From the NCBI RefSeq assembly GCF_044704955.1, contig NC_091991.1, forward strand, positions 175,708,001 to 175,772,000: 64,000 bases of DNA, read 5' to 3'. Source of the DNA: Pristiophorus japonicus. Lineage: Eukaryota. The translations under genes and the position numbers were made by a program. A model generated the notes under the pieces. The model was not told where the DNA came from. It searched no databases and saw only the letters and a list, made by a program, of their open reading frames with translations. Shown piece after piece: positions 36,113 through 51,042 of the stretch (position 1 is the first letter of the stretch; the number at the start of each line of letters is the position of its first letter).

Positions 36113-37592
36113 CGATATTACTTGCCAGCTGGTTGGAACAAGGGGATATTCCTGCGAGGAAGCGGGGCACAAGGGATGATTCCCAGTCCCAAGATGCAGC
36201 ACATTTCTTGCGCTCAGCAATCCCCGACCAGGGACTTGGGGAAATATAATCTGAAGCCCTACTCCCTCCCTCCCTCCAGACACAAACCAGTAATTTAGTG
36301 ATCAGGAGGGCAGCACAAAATTGCTTAACATTTTTGTAACTGGATTCTATTGTGTATGTTAATTAACAAGCAACATTTTTTGCAAATAGCTACCCCGATA
36401 AACAATCACAGGATAAACTCAGTGCAGAGTAGTGTTCGTATCTATTATTGAACCGTCAAACTTCAGTACGGTAGCGCAGTGGTTCTGTTACTGGACGAGT
36501 AATCCAGGGGCCTGAACTCATGATTCAGAGACGCAAGTCCAACTCCCAACATGGAACTTAAATGCAATTAATTAATTAAATCTGGAATAAAAAGCTATAT
36601 CAGTAGCGGTGAGCATATAACACAGATCGTCATAAAAACCCATCTGGTTCACGCACGTCGTTTAGGGAAGGAAATCACCCAGTCTGGGCCTATATGTGAC
36701 TCCAGACCCAATGTGATTGACTCTTAACTGCCCTATGAATTGGGCCTAGCGAGCCACTCAATTGTACAAGGCAACCCCTCCCAAACCCTCTACCACCTAG
36801 AAGGACAAGGGCAGCAGGCGCATGGGAACACCATCACCTGCAAGTTCCCCTCCAAGTTACACCACCATCCCGACTTGGAAGTATATCAGCTGTTCTTTCA
36901 TCGTCGCTGGGTCAAAATCCTGGAACTCTCTCCCTAACAGCACTGTGGGAGCACCTTCACCACATGGACTGCAGCGGTTCAAGGCGGTGGCTCACCACAC
37001 CACCTTCTCAAGGGCAATTAGGGATGGGCAATAAATGCCAGCCTTGCCAGCGATGCCCACATCCCAGGATTTTTATTTTTTTTTTAAATGTACCGTGCTG
37101 TCCCATTAGAATGATGCAACTCTCCAACAGGAACAAAGGTCCCAGAAGAGGGCAAGAAACGCAGGCGAAACACATTAAGATCCAAAGACCAGTGGCTTCG
37201 TAAGAAAGACTGTCCCACAACTCGTAGCCTTCCAGCAGGTAGTGTTCAGGGTACGTGTTCATCCCCTCCTCCACAAACATTTAATGCATTTGTGGTCGTC
37301 TAAACTAGAACGGCTCCCATCCCTTGACCAACTTCAGCTACGAAGCTCGACCTCTTCGTTCCAATGGGCAACATCAAGGCAATTTAAACTGCTCCGGGAT
37401 CCTGAATCTGGCTCGAGAGTCAGCCCGCCGTGAATCTGGTTCTGAACCTGGTTATCTATCGGTGATTCCCTATAAACAGATAGTCACCGCTTCTTGAAAT
37501 GAAAGTAATTGTTGGCACGGTCAAACTCGGTGCTACACGAGAGCGGAGAGTGTAATTTGTGACCAGGAGACATCTTGTTCTCAGCATTTGCC

Positions 37593-37598
37593 TTTATT
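37593..37598 (-). terminator. Candidate polyA signal of TMEM184 (3'UTR about 1.3 kb)
   Basis: tttatt on plus (AATAAA on minus) at the end of a largely TE-free, UTR-like stretch downstream of the TMEM184 stop. Confidence 0.45.
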
Positions 37599-38419
37599 TA
37601 AAGTTTTTGAATTTTGAGCGTAGTATAAACATCTTCCATTCTGGAACCCCCTCCCTCCCCTACCCCGCCCCCCCCACTTCAGCATCAAACGGCAACAGTG
37701 TCAGCTGTGCATCACAGCACGACCCCATGACCTCTGGAGAGCATTCTTCGACTGCAGACATCGTTCCACACACCGGCCGATCCACGAGACTAACAGATGA
37801 GGGTGGGTGTATCCTGGGGTCATTGTCCATTATTGTGACTGTACAGAGCGTGGAGAGTTGCATCCCATCAGACCGGCCTGGATTTGAAGGTGTCTAACCC
37901 ACTTGCATCATCCATTACCACACACCCTCCTCCCCATATCATTTGTTTAAAAAATGTTTTTTTTTTAAAAAGACAATCCATTTCCTTGCCCTTCCTTACC
38001 CCCATTATGCAGCGGGAGGGAGGGGGGAGTGACAGGGGCATTGCGCCCATAATGCCACCAGTCCGGGGGGGGGCACGGAGAGGTGGGAACGCCGTTACTG
38101 TGAGTGGCATCTCTCTCTCAGCCGCAACAGCTTGGTGGGAGGAGGTTGGGAGACGAGAGCCAATTCTGACAGAAGTTCCTAACAGCCGGCACCTTGTGAT
38201 AGCAATGTTGCCTGGCATTGCGCAGCTCCTGCATTAAAAAACACTCCAGCTATTTAGAAGTTTTAGTCGTGGGAAGTATGTTTATCCCCCGAGGTGCCTT
38301 TACGCAGAGTCTGGAGATAATCTCGGAAATTGAAACTCTGGGCGATACATTTTCACCCGGTGCGGGAAATTCTTTGGATGGATGATAAAATCAATGGGCA
38401 ATCTGCAAGACCGACCTAA

Positions 38420-38420
38420 C

Positions 38421-38454
<34 letters not shown>

Positions 38455-38600
38455 CATGTATGCAGGCGTATGTATGTGCATATGAATGCATATGTATGAG
38501 TGTGTGAGTTTGTGGATGCATATATGTATGTATAAGTGCGTGTATGTATGTGTAAGCGTGTGAGTGTGTGTGTCTATTTAAGTGTGCATGTGTGTGTGTG
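38420..38600. repeat. (TG)/(TATG) microsatellite in the TMEM184 3'UTR
   Basis: Directly visible. Confidence 0.8.
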
Positions 38601-38879
38601 TTTCAGATTTACGCACACTGACATTCCCAGGCATTGCCCCGTTCTGTCTCCACATTCAGGTCTGCTTTCAGAATTAGGAACCGTTTCGAGTCAAAGCTGC
38701 TCGTCAAAATAAAACCGAAGGTCACGGCATGTTTCCCAAGAACGGGTGACGGATGCGATTCCTGACTGGATGCAGGAGAAAGATTGGCCACTAACCTCTC
38801 AGTATCTCACTCCCTTTTTTTAAAAAAAAAGAAGAATAAAACCCCCCCCCCACCCAAAAAAACCCAAATACACAAAAGT

Positions 38880-39167
<288 letters not shown>

Positions 39168-39264
39168 TCACAGTTCTACCGGTTACCGAGAGACTCTCGG
39201 GCTTTCGTCTCCTCGGAAGTAGATACCAACACATGGTGCCACACCAAACCCAAATGGCCCTGGG

Positions 39265-40912
39265 CCCTTGAGACAATCACTATCACTAGGGAGGTAGTGC
39301 TGGACAGGCTAATGGGACTCAAGGTAGACAAGTCCCCTGGTCCTGATTAAATGCATCCCAGGGTATTAAAAGAGATGGCGGAAGTTATAGCAGATGCATT
39401 CGTTATAATCTACCAAAATTCTCTGGACTCTGGGGAGGTACCAGCGGATTGGAAAGCAGCTAATGTAACGCCTCTGTTTAAAAAAGGGGGCAGACAAAAG
39501 GCAGGTAACTATAGGCCAGTTAGTTTAACATCTGTAGTGGGAAAATGCTTGAAGCTATCATTAAGGAAGAAATAGCGGGACATCTAGATAGGAATAGTGC
39601 AATCAAGCAGACGCAGCATGGATTCATGAAGGGGAAATCATGTTTAACTAATTTACTAGAATTCTTTGAGAGTATAACGAGCATGGTGGATAGAGGTGTA
39701 CCGATGGATGTGGTGTATTTAGATTTCCAAAAGGCATTCGATAAGGTGCCACACAAAAGGTTACTGCAGAAGATAGAGGTACGCGGAGTCAGAGGAAATG
39801 TATTAGCATGGATAGAGAATTGGCTGGTGACCAGAAAGCAGAGAGTCGGGATAAATGGGTCCTTTTCGGGTTGGAAATCGGTAGTTAGTGGTGTGCCACA
39901 GGGATCGGTGCTGGGACCACAACTGTTTACAATATACATCGATGACCTGGAAGAGGGGACAGAGTGTAGTGTAACAAAATTTGCAGATGACACAAAGATT
40001 AGTGGGAAAGCAGGTTGTGTAGAGGACACAGAGAGGCTGCAAAGAGATTTAGATAGGTTAAGCGAATGGGCTAAGGTTTGGCAGATGGAATACAATGTCA
40101 GAAAGTGTGAGGTCATCCACCTTGGGAAACAAAACAGTAAAAGGGAATATTATTTGAATGGGGAGAAATTACAACATGCTGAGGTGCAGAGGGACCTGGG
40201 GGTCCTAGTGCATGAATCCCAAAAAGTTAGTTTGCAGGTGCAGCAAGTAGTCAGGAAGGCGAATGGAATGTTGGCCTTCATTGCGAGAGGGATGGAGTAC
40301 AAAAGCAGGGAGGTCCTGCTGCAACTGTATAGGGTATTGGTGAGGCTGCACCTGGAGTACTGCGTGCAGTTTTGGTCACCTTACTTAAGGAAGGATATAC
40401 TGGCTTTGGAGGGGGTACAGAGACGATTCACTAGGCTGATTCCGGAGATGAGGGGGTTACCTTATGATGATAGATTGAGTAGACTGGGTCTTTACTCGTT
40501 GGAGTTCAGAAGGATGAGGGGTGATCTTATAAAAACATTTATAATAATGAAAGGGATAGACAAGATCGAGGTGGAGAGGTTGTTTCCACTGGCCGAGGAG
40601 ACTAGAACTAGGGGGCACAGCCTCAAAATACGGGGGAGCCAATTTAAAACAGAGTTGAGAAGGAATTTCTTCTCCCAGAGGGTTGTGAATCTGTGGAATT
40701 CTCTGCCCAAGGAAGCAGTTGAGGCTAGCTCATTGAATGTATTCAAGTCACAGATAGATAGATTTTTAACCAATAAGGAAATTAAGGGTTACGGGGAGCT
40801 GGCGGGTAAGTGGAGCTGAGTCCACGGCCAGATCAGCCATGACCTTGTTGACTGGCGGAGCAGGCTCGAGGGGCTAGATGGCCTACTCCTGTTCCTAATT
40901 CTTATGTTCTTA
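39265..40912 (+). mobile_element. Young 5'-truncated CR1 LINE; RT domain and C-terminal ORF 39545-40819 open
   Basis: QHGFMKGKSCLTNL, YLDFQKAFDKVPH, GVPQGSVLGP, KFADDTK, LEYCVQFWSP and RNFFSQRVVNLWNSLP motifs; 3' tail ttcttatgttctt; stop at ~39348 and a frameshift near 39540 upstream. Confidence 0.95.
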
Positions 40913-42861
40913 TTATGTTCTTACACACTCACGAGCTGTGCCCAAGTCCATGGAATTTACAGCACAGAAACAGGCCCTACTGGCCGGTGTTTGTGCTCCA
41001 CACGACCCTCCTCCCACCCTACGTCATCTCACCCCATCAGCATCCCCTCTTATTCCTTTATCACTCATGTGCTCATCAAGGTTGAATGTATCTATACTAT
41101 TCACCTCAACCACTCCCTGTGGCAGCGAGTTCCACATTCTCACCACTCTCTGGGTAAAGAAGTTTCTCCTGAATTCCCTGTTGGATTTATTAGTGACTGT
41201 CTTAGATTTATGAGCCCCCTAGTTTTGGATCCCCTCCACGTGTGGAAACATCTTCTCGAATTTGCCAGTCCCAGTGGGGGGTGGGAGGGGAGAGAAGAAA
41301 GCAGGCAGTTGCATATCTGTGCTCATAATGGTGTGTGGGGTTATAGGAGTCAGGGGCGCAGGGGTGTGAAAGGGAACAGTCAGACTCTCAACTTCCCAAT
41401 TCTTGTACACCAATCTCGGAGAAGTGCCAGTACACTAGCTGGGGGGGGGGGGGCGCTAGGGTCAGCCGCAGAATCAGCTGAGGGTGCACTGCACTAGTGA
41501 GCAGCTTGCCTGCACTAATAAATCCAATCGGGAATTCAGGAGAAATGTCTTCACCCAGAGAGTGGTGAGAATGTGGAACTCCCTACCACAGGGAGTGGTT
41601 GAGGCGAATAGAATGGATGCATTTAAGGGGAAGCTGGATAAACACACGAGGGAGAGAGGAATAGAAGATTATGCTGATGGGGTGAGATGAAGTGTGGGGC
41701 ATGAACCAGTTGAGCAGAATGTTTCGATGCTGTACATTCTATGTATCACTCACTGTTGGAGCTCATGCTTAAAGAATGGTCGATCAGCAGAGGTAACAGA
41801 GGCTCCTGTCTCGCAGGGAGTTGTTGCCTTCAGGTTAGGAGGACGACAATTGGAGAATACAAAAGTGTATTCTTCAGCACAGTGATGCCCGTGCTTTGTT
41901 TGTTTATGACCAGAATTTGCTCAGTAGTTGCATGCTCACAAGCTCTCTAAACCTTGTAGTTATCACACATCGACAGTGTGAAGATCATCGGCCTGAATCA
42001 TTACACCCACGGCCAGCAAACTCGTGCCATGGAGGGAATCAGAGGGAGGAGAGTTCGATCGGCCGGGAACTTGATTCTCAAGTCGTTCATGTTCTCGGAA
42101 GTGAAACAGTTCAAGACTCCCACTTCCAAAAATAGAGAGAACAAACGCGGAACGTCAACACAGGCTCGGCAGGCCAGGCTTTCTCCGGCGGGGCCACCGC
42201 GGGGCGCTACGGGTGGCGAGCAAACCGAAGTTTGCCTCCGTGTCGCTAACGGAGACGTTGCACACCGGCACTATGCTCCCGGGCTATACTCCTCAGTGCC
42301 GCCGGTAACTGCACACTGTCGACACTCGCTGGCACTAACCCTTTAGCGCCCCTGTAGCCCTCCTTGCGAGGTGGGGGAGGGAACGAAACGCTATCCAACT
42401 GAATGTTCCGCCCACAGACGTGCTAGAGAGCATGCTTCCTCGGGCACCTCTAGTATTTTGGCTACTTGCTCCAATTCTCCGAGAGCGAGACTGGGCCGTG
42501 AAAGTTGGCGGCATGTGGACAAACATCAGCTGATCAGGGAGGAACCATGGTGGACATCAAAGCCAAGCTCAATACCGTTCTCGCCTGCCATTCATTCTTT
42601 TTTTCCCTCTCTTTCTCAAAAAGAAAGACGCACAAATCAGACGTGGCTGATTTTCCCCCCGCACCGGCTCGGAGGAACAATCAGGCCAATGATAGCAGGC
42701 AAGTGCTGCCCCAAATTGGAATCAGTTAACTAAATCTTGTGCCTTGAACTGAACCAGGTAACCCTCTGCTCTGATTTCCTCATTTAGTCACCAAGGAGCC
42801 AAACGGGTATCGTTGGCACTGTGCGTTCCTTCAGCCAGCTGCTGGAGCTGGGAGCAGTGGG

Positions 42862-43565
<704 letters not shown>

Positions 43566-43784
43566 TCAATCCACCGTCAGCAGGTACAACAACCCATGTG
43601 CCACATCAACAAGATGAAAACATTCCTTGAACTCCCCAAGTTTATTTAGAAACGGAACTTAAATATAGCGCCTCATCACATCTCTCAAACATCTCAAAGT
43701 GCTTCAGAACAGGTTATTTTGAACATTATACCGGCCAATAGCAGCCATTTTGTGCACAGCAATATCCCACAAACAGCAGCCATT

Positions 43785-44325
43785 TACCCAAGGAAGGATA
43801 TATTTGCCGAGAGGGAGTGCAACAAAGGTTCACCAGACTGATTCCTGGGATGGAGGGTGGCGGGGGTGGTGTGGGAGGGGGAGGGGGCGGTTGCCCTATG
43901 AGTAGACTAGGCCTATATTCTCTGGAGTTTAGAAGAATGAGGTGTGATCTCATTGAAACATATAAAATTCTTACAGGGTTTGACAGGTAGATGCAGGGAG
44001 GATGTTTCCCCTGGCTGGGGAGTCTAGAACCAGCGGTCACAGTCTCAGAATAAGGGGTTGGCCATTTAGGACTGAGCTGAGGAGAAACTTCTTCACTCAG
44101 AAGGTGGTGAATCTCATGAATTCTCTACCCCAAAGGGCTGTGGAGACTCAGTTCTTAAGTATATTCAAGACAGAGATCGATAGATTTTTGGGTATTAAGG
44201 GATTCGAGGGATATGGGGACAGTGCAGGAAAGTGGAGTTGAGGTAGAAGATCAGCCATGATCTCATTGAATGGCGGAGCAGGCTCGAGGGGCCGAATGGC
44301 CTATTCCTGCTCCTAGCTCTTATGT
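43785..44325 (+). mobile_element. CR1 LINE 3' fragment
   Basis: MFPLAGESRTSGHSLRIRG...RNFFTQKVVNL; CR1 tail. Confidence 0.88.
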
Positions 44326-45018
44326 TTTTATTTTGTGCACAGCAATCCCTCACAAACAGCAGAAATGAATGACCAATTAATCTGCATTTGGCTGAGGGAA
44401 CGCTGACCAGGACACAGAGAAATGCCCTGTTCTTCGAATAATGCCAATGGGATCTTTAATAGCCCTCTTGATAAGATTATCTTCTGTGGAACCTTATCAA
44501 ATGCCTTCCAGAAATCCACATAGACAACATAGCCTATCCACCATATTTGTAACCTCCTCAAATAATCATCTAGATTAGTCAGACATGATCACCGTTCCAT
44601 GGTGACTCTCTGATCAGCTGACATTTGTCCACGAGCACGGTCATTATGCCTCCAATTATAGATTTCAGTAACTTCCCAACAATTGATGTTAAACTGAGAG
44701 GTCTATAGTTACCTGGTTTCTGCCTTCTTTTCTCCCTTCTTAAATAATAGAGTGGTATTTGCAATTTTCCAATCCTGAATTTAGAGAACTTTAGAACATT
44801 ATGACATCTGCAATTTTCTGACTTAATTCTTTTTTTTTTTTAAAATACCCTGGGTTGAAAACCACCAGGTCCTGGAGATTTGTCCATCTTAAGTCCTATT
44901 ATTCTCTCCATTACTATTATTCTTTTTAATAAATCCACCAAGTTCCTCCCCTTCACTCACATTTAGGTTCCCTTGTTGCCCTTCTTTGCTCAACAGAGTC
45001 ATTGAGTTAATACAGTTA

Positions 45019-45228
<210 letters not shown>

Positions 45229-45338
45229 TTAGCTCGCAACAAAAGGATTCAATGCATCGCCAAGCATTTCCATACAAGATGAATTTTCAATCCAGCCTAC
45301 TTTTTACTTTCTATACCGTTTTATAAAAGCTCTCTCTG

Positions 45339-45456
45339 GGGAGAGCTGTATTCCCCAGAGTTCACCTTTCAGGCCCTTGCTAATGTCACTTGTAAGACAG
45401 AAATTTTGCAATATGCAAGGGCCTGAAAGGTGAACTCTGGGGAATACAGCTCTCCC
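45339..45456. repeat. Perfect 42-bp inverted repeat with a 34-nt loop
   Basis: 45339-45380 is the exact reverse complement of 45415-45456, checked base by base. Confidence 0.95.
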
Positions 45457-45584
45457 TGGACAGATTTTTTCTCACCCCTGGTCTCTGCTCCACAACAGGA
45501 TGGCACCGATCGGTAAACTCTGCTTGAAGGATTTTGCTTTTGCTAAGATTTTTGTTAGGTAAGTGTATTAAGGGTTACAGAAAG

Positions 45585-46027
45585 AAAGACCTGGATTTCT
45601 ATTGCGCCTTTCACGACCACCCAACATCTCAAAGGGCTTTACAGCCAATGATGTACTTTTGGAGTGTAGTCACTGTTGTAATGCAGGAAATGCAGCAGGC
45701 AATTTGCACACAGCAAGCTCCCACAAACAGCAATGTGAAAATGACCAGATAATCCGTTTTTTGTTATGTTGATTGATTGATAAATATTGGTCAGGACACC
45801 GGGGATAACTCCCCTGCTGTTCTTCGAAAAAGTGCCAGGAGATCTTTTACATCGACTCGAGGGGGCAGACAGGGCCTCGGTTTAACATCTCATTCAAAGA
45901 TGGCACCTCAGACAGTGTAGCGCTCCCTCAGCACTGCACTGGGAGTGCCAGCCTAGATTCACGTGCTCAAGTCTCTGGAATGGGACTTGAACCCACAACT
46001 TTCTGACTAGGAGGTGAGTGTGCTACC
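45585..46027 (-). mobile_element. Near full-length DeuSINE copy
   Basis: Same family. Confidence 0.8.
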
Positions 46028-47486
46028 CACTGAGCCACAGGTGACACAGAACCAAGGTGGGTAGATGCAGTTAAGATACAGACCAGCCACGATCTAATTG
46101 AACAGTGGAACAAGCTCGAGGGGCTGAATGGCCTCCTACTGTTCCTATCTGTTTTAGAGGTTTGTAGAAATATCCCAGACAACTCAGCTGTAAAGCCTAT
46201 TAGCACAATGTTCTTATTCAACAGGCTGATTTGTTGAACATTGTCCAACGGTAGTCCTTACTTGGCTGACTAAAGACACCTGGAGTTAATACATTATACC
46301 TGGATTCAGATTGCTTTCAAGCCCTAATGCCAAGAACAAGTGACTGAAGTTGTACTAATATTAAACATTAAATATATATAAACACACACACAAATATTAT
46401 ATCTATCAACACACAATATTATATATTTATTTATTTATACGTTAGTTTTGCCTTCTGCCTTTTTTTTTCCTTCTCCCATCTCTCTCGGTCATGCACTAGC
46501 TGTGGCCAAGAGGTTTGGGAGGTCTTCTTCCCCCAGCTTTCTTCACCATCATCACTCTTAACCAGATACCAATAGATGCGGGCGGTCCTGGGTCACGACT
46601 TCTAGTGTTAATGGATCAGTTGGCTTTGCTGCAACAACCCACCCAAGTGGCCCAGAAAAGTACTTGTCCTTTCACTTATGTGGGTGTACGAGTCACCTAG
46701 TTTACAATGTACACAAACCAAGACACAGAAGTTTGTATAGCCCCAAATAAGAGTAGATGCTGCCTTTTACCCAGTCTGTACTATAGGAAAGGTTTCAATA
46801 GTTACGATCTCCCAAGGTGTGAGCTGTGGCTCAGTGGGTAGCACTCTCGTCTCTGAGTCAGAAGGTTGTGGGTTTAAGTCCCACTTCAGGGTCTCGAGCA
46901 CAAAAATCCACACCGACACTCCCAGTGCAGTACTGAGGGAGCGCTGTACTGTCAGAGGTTATCTGGGTCATTATCACATTGCTGTTTGTGGGAGCTTGCT
47001 GTCCCCAAATTAGCTGCCGCATTTCCCACATTACAACAGTGACTACACTCCAGAAGTACTTCATTGGCTGTAAAGCGCTTCGAGACGTCCGGTGGTCGTG
47101 AAAGACGCTATATAAATGCAAGTCTTTCTTTCTTTTGAGGGTATCGCTTAAATGAGCAGAGGACATCTTCTCTACGGCTCTGCAGTACCAGCCAAACTTT
47201 CTGTACAATAGGGAACTAAGCTGCTTGGTACATGTGCAGCGGAATTCAGCAAAGACAGTCGTTAACCCAAGAATTCTTCGACGACCTCAGCACAGTACCT
47301 GAGCCTCACATTGCACCCGAGGAAGGCCCTGAATCAACGAGCCGGACATGCGAGTACAAGGTGCACACTCATCCGTGGGGGTCCCGCAAGTTCCGGGTTA
47401 TGCCAAGCCCAGGCACCTAAACCCGGACCTTGCGATCGGACGGGCCCCCGCAGGCGGAGAATTGGGCTCCGACTGCGGAGGCCCAA

Positions 47487-48008
47487 TGAAAGGACATACT
47501 TGCTTTGGAGGCAGTTCAGAGAAGGTTCACTAGGTTGATTCCGGAGATGAGGGGTTGACTTATGAAGAAAGGTTGAGTAGGTTGGGCCTCTACTCATTAC
47601 AGTTCAGAAGAATGAGAGGTGATCTTATCGAAATGTATAAGATTATGAGGGGGCTTGACAAGGTGGATGCAGAGAGGATGTTTCTACTGATGGGGAAGAC
47701 TAGAATTAGAGGGCATGATCTTAGAATAAGGGGCCACCCATTTAAAACTGAGATGAGGAGGAATTTCTTCTCGGAGGGTTGTAAATCTGTGGAATTCTCT
47801 GCCCCAGAGAACTGTGAAGGCTGGGTCATTGAATATATTTAAGGCGGAGATAGACAGATTTTTGAACGATAAGGGAATAAGGGGTTATGGGGAGAAGGCA
47901 GGAAAGTGGAGCTGAGTCCATGATTGGATCAGCCATGATCGTATTAAATGGCGGAGCAGGCTCGAGGGGCCGTATGGCCTACTCCTGCTCCTATTTCTTA
48001 TGTTCTTG
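47487..48008 (+). mobile_element. CR1 LINE 3' fragment
   Basis: YEERLSRLGLYSLQFRRMRGDLIE; tail ctatttcttatgttctt. Confidence 0.88.
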
Positions 48009-48287
48009 TGAATGCCCATTAAATTCTTCCGACTGATAAAAAAGCAGGCGTAAGTCACACTTTCATCAGCTCAAGACTTTTAAAAGACAGAAAAATCTTT
48101 TTTTTTCAATTATTTAAACATTTAAAATCCTGTTCAATAATGTAAGTTTATTTTAAGATCCTTTAAAATTGTAAATTCATTTTTTTTTAAATAAAATTTT
48201 TGTTTTAAATTAATCAAATTCCATTTTGATTAATTTTAAATATATGATGTTTAAAAAAAAATATTTAAAGTGTGTGTGTGTGTTTTT

Positions 48288-48360
48288 GGGGTATTCCCAT
48301 TCATACTTATGGTGGTTCCGTACATACAGAACTCACCGCAAGTATGAATGGGAATACCCC
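48288..48360. repeat. 73-nt hairpin with perfect 21-bp outer arms
   Basis: ggggtattcccattcatactt / aagtatgaatgggaatacccc, with further inner pairing ggtg-gttc / gaac-t-cacc. Confidence 0.9.
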
Positions 48361-48643
48361 TACTTTGATTGGTTGGGCCGGCCCATGTGATTCCAGAGAC
48401 GCTTGCAAAGCGCCTACATCCCTGGGCCTCTATGCCGGCCTTCGCGTAGAGCCCCAGGACCACCAGGTAAATTCGTTGAAATCTTTCAGGTCAGAGGCAT
48501 CCGCCCGTGGGAAGCCTCCGACCGCAATTTCTGGGTCAAAGTTTTAACAGAACAGCACAAAGATTTTAAAGTTCCCAATAATAAAAGCCACAGCTTACAC
48601 TTGGAGAGTGAGATTTTTTTTTTAAAAATGTAGTGCCAACTTA

Positions 48644-48808
<165 letters not shown>

Positions 48809-48868
48809 TTAAAGTCACTGCCAACACAAACCGATCGCCAATCCCCCCGTGCAAAAATCATCTTTAAA

Positions 48869-49330
48869 TGTCAGCTGTGGCTCAGTGGGCAGCACACTCG
48901 CCTCTGAATCAGAAGGTTGTGAGTTCAAGTCTCACTCCAGGGACTTGAGCACATAGATCTAGGCTGACTCTGCCAGTGCAGTGCTGAGGGAGCGCTGCAC
49001 TGTCGGAGGTGCCATCTTTTCAGATGAGACGTTAAACCGAGGCCCCGTCTGCCCTCTCATGTGGGACATAAAAGATCCCATGGCATTATTTTGAAGAAGA
49101 GCAGGGGAGTGATCCTTGGTGTCCTGGGCCAATATTTATCCCCCAATCAACATAAAAACAGATTATCTGGTCATTATCGCATTGCTGTTGTGTGAGCTTG
49201 CCGTGCACAAATTGGCTGCCGTGTTTCCCACATTATAACAGTGACTGCACTCCAAAAAGTACTTCATTGACTGTAAAGCGCTTTGAAATGTCCGGTGGTC
49301 GTGAACGGCGCTATATAAATCCAAGTCTTT
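48869..49330 (+). mobile_element. Near full-length tRNA-head DeuSINE (SacSINE1/AmnSINE1-like)
   Basis: A-box gtggctcagtggg, B-box gagttcaagtc, central gatgagacgttaaaccgaggccccgtctgc domain and L2-like tail ggcgctatataaat. Many copies in the window. Family name from recall. Confidence 0.8.
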
Positions 49331-50772
49331 TAGTTTGGCAAAGGTATCGAGGGATATGGAACAATGGAGTTGGTGCACAGATCAGCCATGATCTAACTGA
49401 ATGGCAGAACAGGCTCGAGGGGCTGAATGGCCTGCTCCTGTTCCTATGTTCCAAAGGATGTGGATGAAAGAGGTGGTCGGTAAATTCTGCTGTTCAAAAA
49501 CAATTGAAGTTCAGCCGATTAACCTCTTCAAGAATGAACTGGACAAGCCTTTTCTTGGGAATGGGGTTGGTGGTTCCGAAAGGTCCTTGACCTGGAACAT
49601 TAACTCGGTTTCTCACTCCACAGATGAGGTGGAGATGGAAATGACCAAAGAGTCCACAGAATGCTACGGCTCCTGAGGCACAATGCAATTGTTGTCCGTG
49701 CGGGACAGCGGAGCGAGGCTGAGGAGTGGAGATGTGACAATAGATTAATATTCTGCAGTCTTGTTCGATAATCAAAATTGCGCTCAATATTGAACGGACA
49801 GGAACGAGTTAATGATAAGGTTGTCACAGTACAGTACAATTAGCCACATGTAGCTAATCGAGAAATGTAAATAAATAGTAAATAAATTAATAGACAGTTG
49901 TTGAACACGAGATCTCGGTATACATTTGCAGGGCGCGCATGTGTGAACTTTAACCATTTTATGCATTTATCGATAAAACTGTATGACAAAAAGTTGAGTA
50001 TGTGGGTGTTTTTTTTGATCAGTGCATGCTCGAGTTCCTTCACTACTGATAGATGTTTGTTAAGTAAATATACACGTGAAGTATATTTACATGTTTTGTG
50101 TGCAAGGCGTTTTCTACTAAAATTAGAGCTCATTAATTTGGCTAAAATGGATGCCGCCATAGCCACAAGCAATTTCAACTGGACAATATTAAGTTGGCTC
50201 CCTTCCGACATCATCTCAATTAAAATATTCTCATCCTTGTGTTGAAATCCCTCACTGACCTCACCCCTCCCTATCTGTGTAACCTCCTCTAGTCCTACAA
50301 CCCTCCGAGGTCCCAGCGCTCCTCCAATTCTGGGCTCTTGAGCATCCCCGATTTTCATCACTCTACTATTGGCAGCACGTGCCTTCAGCTACCTGGGCCC
50401 CAAGCTTTAGAATTACCTCCCTAAACCTCTCTGCATCGCCACCTCTCTCTGTTCCTTCAAGGTACTCCTTAAAACCCACCTCTTTAACCAAGCTTTTGGT
50501 CATCTGTCCTAATATCTCATGTGGTTTGGTGTCAAATTTTGACTGCTTTGTGAAGCGCCCTGGGACTTTTTAAAAACGACATCAATTGTGCTATATAAAT
50601 GCAAGTTGTTGTTGTAGACTATGTGTGGTCTGTGGTAGGGTTGGGATCGATGAAGCGAACGGCCTTTTAGCGTTTCACGGTTTGGGAGTACAGTTTTGGT
50701 GCTATTTCACACGCTCTTCAATGGGTCAAATCTGCCTGAAACAAGCGACGCAGGCGAAAACAGGACGTGCTA

Positions 50773-51042
<270 letters not shown>

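Noticed and set aside
39545-40819. Reverse transcriptase ORF as a domesticated host gene
   Set aside because: 5'-truncated CR1 with an upstream stop and frameshift, an intact LINE tail, and sibling copies in the window.
41950-42735. CpG-rich intronic stretch as a promoter or hidden exon
   Set aside because: No convincing splice sites, motifs or terminal repeats found; cannot support a call.
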